Positions 1 through 7,270 of a stretch of 10,005 nt of DNA are shown piece after piece. The notes under the pieces were generated by a model, which was given only the letters and a program-made list of their open reading frames with translations, searched no databases and had not been told where the DNA came from. A program made the position numbers and the translations under genes. Origin of the DNA: Candidatus Micrarchaeota archaeon (GTDB lineage Archaea > Micrarchaeota > Micrarchaeia > Anstonellales > Bilamarchaeaceae); assembly GCA_043816005.1 (NCBI GenBank), contig JBDRIM010000069.1, forward strand, positions 1-10,005, read 5' to 3'. Within the stretch, counting starts at the first letter, position 1, and each line of letters begins with the position of its first letter.

Positions 1-521
1 GCTGGTTTTTTTGAATTAAGTCTTATTCCAAATCCATAAAGTTCACTTTCGATTACTTTCAGTTGCCTTGGATTTGCGGCTTCAATTAATATCAAGATAA
101 GATCTGAACTTCTTGCTACTGCAATAACTTCTCGTCCTCTACCCTTACCATCTTTTGCACCTTCAATAATTCCAGGGAGATCAAGTAGCTGGATCTTAGT
201 TTTGTTATACTCCATGACACCTGGTATACATTTGAGAGTTGTAAAAGAATATGCAGCTATTTTTGATTCTGCATTAGTGAGTTTGTTTAACAAAGTTGAT
301 TTACCAACACTTGGTAATCCAATAATTGCAACTGTTGCATCACCACTTTTCTTAACATCAAATCCACCTGCACTTGCTCCATGTTTTTTTGGTGCAAGCA
401 ATTCGCGTCTGATCTGGGCTATTTTTGATTTGACAATGCCTATATGGTATTCAGTAGCTTTGTTTTTTTGCGTACGTGCAAGCTCATCTTCGAGCTCTTT
501 TAACTTTTCTTGCATTCCCAT
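1..521 (-). CDS. drg: DRG/Rbg1-family (OBG superfamily) GTPase, 5' part; runs off the left edge
   Basis: Not in the ORF track. Manual translation from ATG 521: [28 protein letters not shown]...[26 protein letters not shown] (G1)...YSFTT (G2)...[20 protein letters not shown] (G3). GGAG lies about 10 nt upstream. Confidence 0.96.
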   Translation of the reverse strand, partial: MGMQEKLKELEDELARTQKNKATEYHIGIVKSKIAQIRRELLAPKKHGASAGGFDVKKSGDATVAIIGLPSVGKSTLLNKLTNAESKIAAYSFTTLKCIPGVMEYNKTKIQLLDLPGIIEGAKDGKGRGREVIAVARSSDLILILIEAANPRQLKVIESELYGFGIRLNSKKP

Positions 522-536
522 TTTTTTATTCTCCGA

Positions 537-638
537 GTTTTTGTTGATTCGGGGTTCGGAAACCCCGTGCCACCATCGCGGAGCGATCTGTAAATCAAAA
601 CCTTCGAATCCCCACGCGCAAGCGTGTCATCAAACAAA
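537..638. repeat. GC-rich multi-hairpin intergenic element (REP/MITE-like or structured RNA)
   Basis: Perfect hairpins CGGGGTT-CGGA-AACCCCG (550-567), ATCGC-GGA-GCGAT (575-587) and CACGC-GCAA-GCGTG (613-626). Imperfect terminal IR TTTGTTGAT (540-548) / ATCAAACAAA (629-638). Confidence 0.7.
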
Positions 639-667
639 TGGAACGATTAGCTTTTCAAATATGGGGG

Positions 668-1246
668 TCAGTCAATTTTTTTCAACCCAGTTCTCCAATC
701 CCTGGCTTTAATTGTTTTTAATTTTTTTATTAACAAAATTGCGCTGTTCGTTTGTAATTTCTTTTCGATTTTGTCAATCCATCCAAGCGTCTGATATCCA
801 ATATCTGCATATTCCTTTGCCTGGAAAGCACATTCCAAATAATCTGCATCTTTTAGAATTGTTTTTTCAGTTTTTGTTAAATTCATATTCTTCAAAATTG
901 CCTGCTTTACTCCATCTGGCAAGCTTGTTGTTTGCTCTCTTTCAACTTTCTTTTCTAGTTTCTCTCCAAGTTTAATATATCTTGCCACAAGCTTGTTCAA
1001 ATCCAGTATTCTTGTTTCATGCACATCATGAAAAACCGATGCAGTACAAATTTTGTTTGCTATTTCATCACTATGGCCTTCCATCTTTGCAAGGATAAAT
1101 GCAATTACTGCAGTTCTGAAACTATGTTCAGCAACTGTTTCTGGGTACTTTACACTTTCAGTCCACCAACCACTTCGTGCGACTTTCTTAAGCATCCCAG
1201 TCTCAAAAATATAATTTACAAGAGAATTCATATTCTTGTATATCAT
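668..1246 (-). CDS. HD-domain hydrolase, YfbR/HDDC2-like (putative 5'-deoxynucleotidase)
   Basis: LKKVARSGW...ETVAEHSFR...HDVHE...DADYLE motifs. The start may instead be ATG 1231 (MNSLVNYIFE). Confidence 0.9.
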   Translation of the reverse strand: MIYKNMNSLVNYIFETGMLKKVARSGWWTESVKYPETVAEHSFRTAVIAFILAKMEGHSDEIANKICTASVFHDVHETRILDLNKLVARYIKLGEKLEKKVEREQTTSLPDGVKQAILKNMNLTKTEKTILKDADYLECAFQAKEYADIGYQTLGWIDKIEKKLQTNSAILLIKKLKTIKARDWRTGLKKID

Positions 1247-1253
1247 CCAATCG

Positions 1254-1268
1254 TTTTTAACCTTTTAA
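1254..1268. promoter_or_regulatory. Probable shared divergent TATA region for the HD hydrolase and cyclo-ligase genes
   Basis: TTTTTAA at 1254-1260 lies 24-30 nt before ATG 1284 and, read on the minus strand, 23-29 nt before ATG 1231. A second TTTTAA is at 1263-1268. The intergenic gap is only 37 nt. Confidence 0.45.
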
Positions 1269-1283
1269 TTCCATTTAGTTCTG

Positions 1284-1850
1284 ATGGTTAAGCACCTTAA
1301 AGATACAATAAGAAAACAAATCATTGCAAAACGCAATCTACTTTCAAACGAAGAAATAGGAAATTTAAGTGCCAGTATATCAGAAAGGCTCATCAACTAT
1401 CCTGAATTTAAAAAAGCCAAAGTTGTTGCATTTTACATTCCAAAAGGTAATGAAGTAGATACAAGAAAAATGATTGAACATGCTATTACCGAAGGTAAGG
1501 AAGTTCTAATACCCGTTACTGATCACAAAATTACATTTTACAAATTCAAATCATTTAATGATTTGATTAAAGGTAGTTTTGGTGTGTTGGAACCGGAATC
1601 AAGGGAAACACCATCAAAAGAACCAGATGTTGTTATCGTACCTGGGGTTACTTTTGGACTATGTATGCACCGACTTGGATATGGCAAAGGATATTATGAT
1701 CTTTATCTTGCTGGTTCATCTGCCTATCGTATTGGTATTTGTTTTAATTTTCAGGTTGTTGAAAAACTCCCTACTCATGAACATGATCAAAAAATGGACT
1801 GCATGATTACTGAGAGCAGAGTAATTTATCCATCTAAACAGAATCAATAA
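1284..1850 (+). CDS. 5-formyltetrahydrofolate cyclo-ligase
   Basis: K..IRKQI...R N-terminus, NEVDT, FGVLEP, DVVIVPG, RLGYGKGYYD and HDQKMD motifs. Confidence 0.96.
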   Translation: MVKHLKDTIRKQIIAKRNLLSNEEIGNLSASISERLINYPEFKKAKVVAFYIPKGNEVDTRKMIEHAITEGKEVLIPVTDHKITFYKFKSFNDLIKGSFGVLEPESRETPSKEPDVVIVPGVTFGLCMHRLGYGKGYYDLYLAGSSAYRIGICFNFQVVEKLPTHEHDQKMDCMITESRVIYPSKQNQ

Positions 1851-1878
1851 AGTTAATAAATCTCGAGGGTTATTGATA

Positions 1879-2184
1879 ATGAGTGATCAGATGGACCTCA
1901 AAAGAACAATAAAATGCTCAAATTGCGGTAACGAATCAAGTATACAAATGACCAGCGATTTAGAGATGAAGGAAGTCTTAATAGCTGGAAAGTGTACGCG
2001 ATGTGGTAGTGCCATGCAGATAAATTACACGCTCGTTGATTCTAGCAGTTCCAACACTCAACAAAATCCGTTATCCTATCTATCTACTCAACAAGAAGAA
2101 TCTACAGTACCAGATCTTGAAGAAGCTCTTTTTACTCCACATGAAAATGATAGTGACATGCTCAAAGATCTAATGGAAGATTGA
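1879..2184 (+). CDS. Small Zn-ribbon protein with acidic, low-complexity C-terminal tail
   Basis: CSNC...CTRC, then a Ser/Gln/Glu/Asp-rich tail. ATG 1879 is 8 nt after GAGGGT. Overlaps the convergent HAD gene by 15 nt. Confidence 0.75.
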   Translation: MSDQMDLKRTIKCSNCGNESSIQMTSDLEMKEVLIAGKCTRCGSAMQINYTLVDSSSSNTQQNPLSYLSTQQEESTVPDLEEALFTPHENDSDMLKDLMED

Positions 2185-2943
2185 AATAATATCGACCACA
2201 GAACCAAACACATAGTCTGGCTCCTCTCCTTTTTTTATCTGTTCTTTTTTTGATACTCCTGTCAAAACAAGTGCTGTTTTCATTCCTGCTTTTTTCCCAA
2301 ATGCAATGTCTGTTTCAAGTCTATCACCAACCATCAACACTTCATTTTTCTTGACATTGAAACGTTTTAGTATCATTTTCAAAACAAATGTGTTTGGTTT
2401 TCCAACAATTTTTGGTTCTTTTCCGCTTGCATATGCAATTGATGAAACAATTGCTCCTGCACCTGGTAGAAAACCATCTTCAATGGGGAATGTTGCATCA
2501 GTATTTGTTGCAATAAATTCTGCTCCTCTTACTATTGCGCGATAAGCATTAGACATTTTTTTGTAGGTGAAATCCGGATCCCAACCAACAACAACAATAT
2601 CTGCTTTTTCTGCATTAACTACTGGTACTCCATGAAGTTTTAGTTCTTCTTCAACCCCACTTTGGCCGACATAATAAACTTTTCTTTTTGATTTTGGGTA
2701 TTTTTCTAAAATGTAATGTGAAACAACATAGGACGTTGTAAACATTTCGTTTTCTTTTGCATTTACTCCAAGATCAGTCATCTTACAGACCCTACCTTTT
2801 CTCGATGTGCTACATGCATTGGTCAAATAAGCTGTTTTTATCCCGTGAGATTTAAGCCATTCTACTGTTTTATCTGCACCTTTGATAAGTGTGTCTCCAC
2901 GATAGATGACACCATCTAAATCAAAAATCACTAGTTTTATCAT
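2170..2943 (-). CDS. HAD-superfamily subfamily IIA hydrolase (NagD-like phosphatase)
   Basis: FDLDGVIY (motif I), LTN (II), IATNTD, PGAGAI, VGKP (III), MVGDRLETDI (IV). Confidence 0.95.
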   Translation of the reverse strand: MIKLVIFDLDGVIYRGDTLIKGADKTVEWLKSHGIKTAYLTNACSTSRKGRVCKMTDLGVNAKENEMFTTSYVVSHYILEKYPKSKRKVYYVGQSGVEEELKLHGVPVVNAEKADIVVVGWDPDFTYKKMSNAYRAIVRGAEFIATNTDATFPIEDGFLPGAGAIVSSIAYASGKEPKIVGKPNTFVLKMILKRFNVKKNEVLMVGDRLETDIAFGKKAGMKTALVLTGVSKKEQIKKGEEPDYVFGSVVDIISIFH

Positions 2944-3031
2944 GTTTTAAAGGTTAGCGATTAGAAAATAAAAACATGCGTGTATCTATTTCTAGCTGCA
3001 AGTAAAGTCTTTAATATCCAAACTAGGAGTA

Positions 3032-3673
3032 ATGAAAATGGTTGAGAAACCGCTCTTGGAATTTGAAGGAGAAACATTCAGAAGATCTATTACATTGAAA
3101 GAAACAATTACTGGATTCATATCAGCTCCATTTCTCGTGCAATTATACCATATAGCTGAATTTGTTTTTTTATTTGGATTACTGTTTTTTGGGTTATTTT
3201 TGTTGGTCCTTGCATTTGTATTTCATATTTGTCTAATTTTCCCTGCATTTCTAGTTCTCTTCGTTTCACTTGGTAATATTACCTGGAAAATTATCAGTTA
3301 TTTTATTGCTCTCCAGTCCAGACGTTCTGTTTCCAAGTACATCAAATACACTATTTTTAAAGAAAAAATCTGTTATAAACCCGTCTATGAATCAAGTGCA
3401 TTTGGAAAGCTTGGTAAGTGGTTTAATACTAATTATCTTTCACATTTTGTTATATTCAGGTATGAAGTGGAATTTTCTGATGTCATCAAAACCAACATAG
3501 AAAAAATCGACGAGTGGACAACTACACTGACTTTAAAGCTCAGGCCAGGTGCACAATCACCAATGAAGGGATCTAAATTAGATCTAGTATCTATTTATCT
3601 CCCAAAAGAAAACATGGAGAAAATTATCAAGAAAATCCGTGATTTGGTTCTGAAGAATGGCGGAAAAATCTGA
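3032..3673 (+). CDS. Hypothetical membrane protein (two N-terminal hydrophobic helices plus a soluble C-terminal domain)
   Basis: 213-aa ORF with a long hydrophobic stretch at about aa 28-94. AGGAG at 3025-3029 favours ATG 3038. Confidence 0.75.
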   Translation: MKMVEKPLLEFEGETFRRSITLKETITGFISAPFLVQLYHIAEFVFLFGLLFFGLFLLVLAFVFHICLIFPAFLVLFVSLGNITWKIISYFIALQSRRSVSKYIKYTIFKEKICYKPVYESSAFGKLGKWFNTNYLSHFVIFRYEVEFSDVIKTNIEKIDEWTTTLTLKLRPGAQSPMKGSKLDLVSIYLPKENMEKIIKKIRDLVLKNGGKI

Positions 3674-3712
3674 TTGTACAATATTTTAAACGTTGCTAAT
3701 AGAGATCAAAAT

Positions 3713-4348
3713 ATGCGAGTTGCAGTTCTATTTTCTGGTGGCAAAGACTCAACATATGTTGCAGGGTGGGCACTAGAACAAGGTTACAAACCGATTTTGA
3801 TTACTGTCAAACCTCCCGAATATTCAATGATGTTTCATCATCCAAATGTCGAATGGACAAAGATGCAAGCAGAAGCCATGGAGTTGGAGCAAGTTTTTGT
3901 TGAAACCACTGAAGAAAACTGGCGGGATCAGTTAGTCAAAACTTTCAAAAAACTAAAAATCGATGCGATTGTGTCCGGTGCGGTTGCAAGTGAATACCAA
4001 AAATCCCGTCTGGATTCGATTGCAAGCGAACTAAAAATAAAAAGCTTTGCTCCTCTTTGGCATACTGGTCCGGAAACATTACAAAAAATGCTCGATTCGA
4101 TGGAAATTTTTGTTACGGGGGTTTCTGCTGAAGGTTTAGATGAACGATTTTTGGGCGAACCACTTCGCAAACTAGCAGAAGCAAAAGTGAAAAACGTTCA
4201 TTCATTTTTAGAAGGTGGGGAAGGCGAAACTTTTGTTACTGATGCTCCTTTTTTTAGCAAAAAAATAAAAATTAAAAAATGGAACAAAAAATGGGATGGG
4301 GTTAGGGGTGTGGCTGAGATTGAAGAAGCTGAATTAGTGGGGAAATAA
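3713..4348 (+). CDS. dph6: Diphthine--ammonia ligase (Dph6, PP-loop ATPase)
   Basis: MRVAVLFSGGKDS PP-loop, SMMFH, GAVASEYQ, APLW, VSAEGL, EGGEGETFV.DAPFF. TTTTAAA at 3684-3690 supports a leaderless ATG 3713 rather than TTG 3674. Confidence 0.92.
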   Translation: MRVAVLFSGGKDSTYVAGWALEQGYKPILITVKPPEYSMMFHHPNVEWTKMQAEAMELEQVFVETTEENWRDQLVKTFKKLKIDAIVSGAVASEYQKSRLDSIASELKIKSFAPLWHTGPETLQKMLDSMEIFVTGVSAEGLDERFLGEPLRKLAEAKVKNVHSFLEGGEGETFVTDAPFFSKKIKIKKWNKKWDGVRGVAEIEEAELVGK

Positions 4349-4353
4349 ATCTA

Positions 4354-4749
4354 CTATTGAAGATTTTGAAGTCTTTTTAGAATGTGCACAATAGTATTAT
4401 TAGAAAGGAGTAAGGCCAAATTACCATTAGTTGTCCTTTCTTTTACTACTATTGCGGTAAATAGTTTAACAATTGTTTCTAGATCTACCTGCATCAGTAA
4501 AGATTCGTTGGTTAAGATTTTTTCAGCTTCGTTTCCCCAGAATACTGCGTCAAATGCATCTGGCTGAACGAACTTGCAGTCTTTTAGCGTCCTGACAAAG
4601 TCTAAGACTTTATCACTGTAAATATACGGTTGTGCGGATAGATTAAAATTCATTTTGTAAAATTTGTGGTTTTTCTTTTCAAAATACGGTAAATATTCTA
4701 GAACTCTGGCAACACACCCTGGTTTTATTTCTTTAAATTTCTGATCCAA
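4354..4749 (-). CDS. Hypothetical protein, DUF6508-like
   Basis: Pattern LPYFE...FD..W...DLETIVKLFTAIV..ER..NG.L......I..ILKRL resembles DUF6508 as I recall it. TTG start preceded by AGGTGG; tandem TAG TAG stops. Confidence 0.7.
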   Translation of the reverse strand: MDQKFKEIKPGCVARVLEYLPYFEKKNHKFYKMNFNLSAQPYIYSDKVLDFVRTLKDCKFVQPDAFDAVFWGNEAEKILTNESLLMQVDLETIVKLFTAIVVKERTTNGNLALLLSNNTIVHILKRLQNLQ

Positions 4750-4807
4750 TGAACCACCTGTTTTTTATTGGAACTGATTATGCGTAGTTCAAACCATAAT
4801 ATGTCTG

Positions 4808-5137
4808 TTACTGTTGAAGTTTAATTGTTTCTTTTTTGCTAAGGCGATGTAATTCTATTGTTTGGGTTCCATCTCCTCCTCCAATATATCTCTCATAATG
4901 CTGGTATTGCCTACTGCATTTTGGGCATTCTAGTGCGATAGTCCCATTTCACAATTTATCTATTTCACCGTCGATCAGTATTAATTTGCGCATTTCATTT
5001 GGTAGTTTACCATCTACATTTGGTTCGCTCATGAAACTATAGTTGATTATTTGAGAACATTTTTTCGGTATATTATTGCAAATTTTACAAATGGCAATTG
5101 GAATCGGTTTTTTCTATGGGTTCGATTTTCCAACCAT
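4808..5137 (-). pseudogene. CxxC...CxxC Zn-binding protein frame with two in-frame stops
   Basis: Manual translation: MVGKSNP*KKPIPIAICKICNNIPKKCSQIINYSFMSEPNVDGKLPNEMRKLILIDGEIDKL*NGTIALECPKCSRQYQHYERYIGGGDGTQTIELHRLSKKETIKLQQ*. TAG at 5116-5114, TGA at 4951-4949. ATG is 4 nt after the purM stop. Confidence 0.7.
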
Positions 5138-5141
5138 TCTC

Positions 5142-6128
5142 TCACAATGTTAAATCCATTTCTCTTTTTCCATCAACTAACCAAACTCCTTTTTTCTCTG
5201 TAATTCTACCAATTACACTTGCCTCAACACCATGTTTTTTGGCAATGTTCATTACAGTATCAGCTCTATCTTCTGGCAAAATAATCGTCATTCCAATTCC
5301 CATATTAAAAGTCTGATACATGCTTTTTCTACCTTCAACTTTTTCAGCAAGAGCTTCAAAAATGGGTTTTGGTTTTGGCATATCTGTTAGTTTGAAACCA
5401 ATTTTTTGATTAAGTCGTGTTAACTTGGAAAACCCACCTCCTGTTATATGTGCAATTCCATGAACATCACAAGCATCAATAACCTCAAGAACAGTATTTG
5501 CATAAATTTTTGTTGGGACAAGCATTTCCTTTCCCCACTTTCCCATATCAAGAGCTTTTCTAGCTAAAGTATAACCATTTGAATGAAGGCCAGAACTTTC
5601 CAACCCGACAATCACATCCCCCTTTGCTATCTCACTCCCAAGAATAAGCTTCTTTACTCGCCCAACGACAGTAAATGTCAAATCAAAGGGTCGTTTACCT
5701 TCCTTAATTATATCTGGTACAATTGCAGTTTCTCCACCAATAATCGCACAGCTGCTTTCCTCAGCACCTTTTACAAGCCCATCCATTAATTCGTTAACTA
5801 ATTCGTCATCTTCTTTTGCAAGTGCAATATAATCAACACCAACAAGTGGTTCAGCACCAACGCAAAGAATATCATTTACTGACATGGCAACAGCATCAAT
5901 ACCTACTGTATCATACACACCCATCTCCTGTGCTACAATGATTTTTGTTCCGACTCCGTCAGTGTGGATAACAAGCTGCTGATCACCGCATTTGAAAATT
6001 CCACCATAATGTCCGAAAACAGGTACTGGTTCACCGTATCCTTTTCTGAATGAGAATGATAACTTTATTTTATCCCAGATGCTTCGCTGGATTTTTTTAA
6101 CGTGCCCTACGTCTATCTGATATTTCAT
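5142..6128 (-). CDS. purM: Phosphoribosylformylglycinamidine cyclo-ligase (AIR synthetase)
   Basis: TDGVGTK, GIDAVAMSVND, GGETA, SSGLHSNGY, HITGGG, TFNMGIG. ATG 6128 chosen over GTG 6200 because TTTTAAA (6157-6151, minus) lies 23-29 nt upstream. Confidence 0.97.
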   Translation of the reverse strand: MKYQIDVGHVKKIQRSIWDKIKLSFSFRKGYGEPVPVFGHYGGIFKCGDQQLVIHTDGVGTKIIVAQEMGVYDTVGIDAVAMSVNDILCVGAEPLVGVDYIALAKEDDELVNELMDGLVKGAEESSCAIIGGETAIVPDIIKEGKRPFDLTFTVVGRVKKLILGSEIAKGDVIVGLESSGLHSNGYTLARKALDMGKWGKEMLVPTKIYANTVLEVIDACDVHGIAHITGGGFSKLTRLNQKIGFKLTDMPKPKPIFEALAEKVEGRKSMYQTFNMGIGMTIILPEDRADTVMNIAKKHGVEASVIGRITEKKGVWLVDGKREMDLTL

Positions 6129-6164
6129 AATCCTACTTAGGCTACTGAAGTTTAAAATCAATTC

Positions 6165-6231
6165 GTTTTTGTTTGTTTTGGAACACTTATCCCACGTCAC
6201 AAACTCGCCTCGAGTTTCATCAACAAAAAAC
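6165..6231. repeat. Second palindromic intergenic element, related to 537-638
   Basis: Perfect hairpin AAACTCG-CCT-CGAGTTT (6201-6217) flanked by ATCCCACG (6189-6196) and CATCAACAAAAAAC (6218-6231). Left end GTTTTTGTTTG forms an imperfect IR with the right end. Confidence 0.5.
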
Positions 6232-6270
6232 TAGCAATAGTTTATTAACTTTACCAACATTATCAATCTA

Positions 6271-6747
6271 ATGCGCTTTATCGGTGGATTCTTTCAATTT
6301 GCTCGACGTGTAATCGATGCAGCAAAAAACGGTGGGCTTAGCGGCAAGGATGTTAAAAAACTAGATAATCTACTTTCAAGAACAGGAAAAAGAAACGCTA
6401 TAATATCAAAAGGTATTCTTACTTCGTTAAGTGCTGGTGGCGCTAGTGATAATGATGTTAAGCGCTTTGGCGAGCTTCTACAATTTGCAGAAGAAAGAAT
6501 TCAAACAGACAAAGACCCGTTTACGTCTTCAGATAAAACAGAATTAACAGACATATTCAAAAGGGCTTATATATCAGCTAAAACTGCACGCTGGTTTTCT
6601 GCTCAGGTTGATGAACTATTAGCAGAAGAGATAAATGAGTTCATTGCTGGTTCAAGAAGAGTCGAGGTTGGAATTCCGACTAAAAAAACAGTCAAATTCG
6701 AAACAGATGAACAAAAAGAACAGGGCCAGAAAAAAGTCAAAAGATAA
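6271..6747 (+). CDS. Hypothetical, probably helical protein with an internal repeat
   Basis: 158-aa ORF. TTTATTAA at 6241-6248 lies 23-30 nt before the ATG. No family recognised. Confidence 0.75.
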   Translation: MRFIGGFFQFARRVIDAAKNGGLSGKDVKKLDNLLSRTGKRNAIISKGILTSLSAGGASDNDVKRFGELLQFAEERIQTDKDPFTSSDKTELTDIFKRAYISAKTARWFSAQVDELLAEEINEFIAGSRRVEVGIPTKKTVKFETDEQKEQGQKKVKR

Positions 6748-6769
6748 TCTATTTTGCGGAATTGGTTAC

Positions 6770-7270
6770 ATGAAGATCAAATTAAGCCCAGAACTATCAT
6801 ATATCATTGGCCTGTGGCGTAAATCACGTTCAAGCGATGGTCTTGGAGTTAGAGGAGAAAAAGACGTTTTAGAAATATTCTCAAAAGAAGTTCTGGAAAA
6901 ACAGCTTACTACTTCTGATAAACTTCTTAGTGGTGAATATCAAGTATACTTTTATCATACTGCATACCGTAAATTTTTTCAACAAATAGAAATAGAACAA
7001 CTTGAACGCTTCAAATATCTAAACGAATATGCTGCAAATTATCTTGCTGGAATGTTTGATGCTGCGGGAACTATAGACGAACGCGGAATCGTTTCACTTT
7101 ATCCGGCAAATAAACAAGACGAAATGATGCTTCTACGTTTGGGATTCGTGGTAAGGCGTAGGTCAGACAGACTAATAATCGAAAGACCAACCATATTTTT
7201 GACTTTCATAAAGAACTATGTCAAAATTTTCAAGGATCACAAGGTTTTTGATTATATAAAATCCAAGTGA
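6770..7270 (+). CDS. Degenerate double-motif LAGLIDADG-fold protein
   Basis: LSPELSYIIGLWRKSR and NYLAGMFDAAGTI resemble LAGLIDADG motifs 1 and 2. ATG 6770 avoids a 113-nt overlap with the upstream gene. Confidence 0.75.
   Translation: MKIKLSPELSYIIGLWRKSRSSDGLGVRGEKDVLEIFSKEVLEKQLTTSDKLLSGEYQVYFYHTAYRKFFQQIEIEQLERFKYLNEYAANYLAGMFDAAGTIDERGIVSLYPANKQDEMMLLRLGFVVRRRSDRLIIERPTIFLTFIKNYVKIFKDHKVFDYIKSK

Noticed and set aside
603..613. TTCGAATCCCC resembling a tRNA T-loop
   Set aside because: The 5' flank (AAACC) cannot form the T-stem, and no acceptor, D or anticodon arms can be built.
202..711. 169-aa + strand ORF
   Set aside because: Antisense shadow of the clear DRG GTPase; no motifs.
4771..4790. 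GAACT-N10-AGTTC inverted repeat upstream of the DUF6508-like gene
   Set aside because: Only 5-bp arms; expected by chance.
712..5789. Short alternative ORFs 712-975, 1019-1291, 1579-1806, 2306-2545, 3270-3500, 3928-4170, 4382-4567, 5098-5316 and 5583-5789
   Set aside because: All lie antisense or out of frame over better-supported genes and show no recognisable motifs.
6129..6200. 24-aa N-terminal extension of PurM from GTG 6200
   Set aside because: Runs through the TATA box and the repeat element; ATG 6128 fits PurM length and a leaderless promoter.
6635..6769. 45-aa N-terminal extension of the LAGLIDADG ORF
   Set aside because: Overlaps the upstream gene by 113 nt; the domain starts right after ATG 6770.
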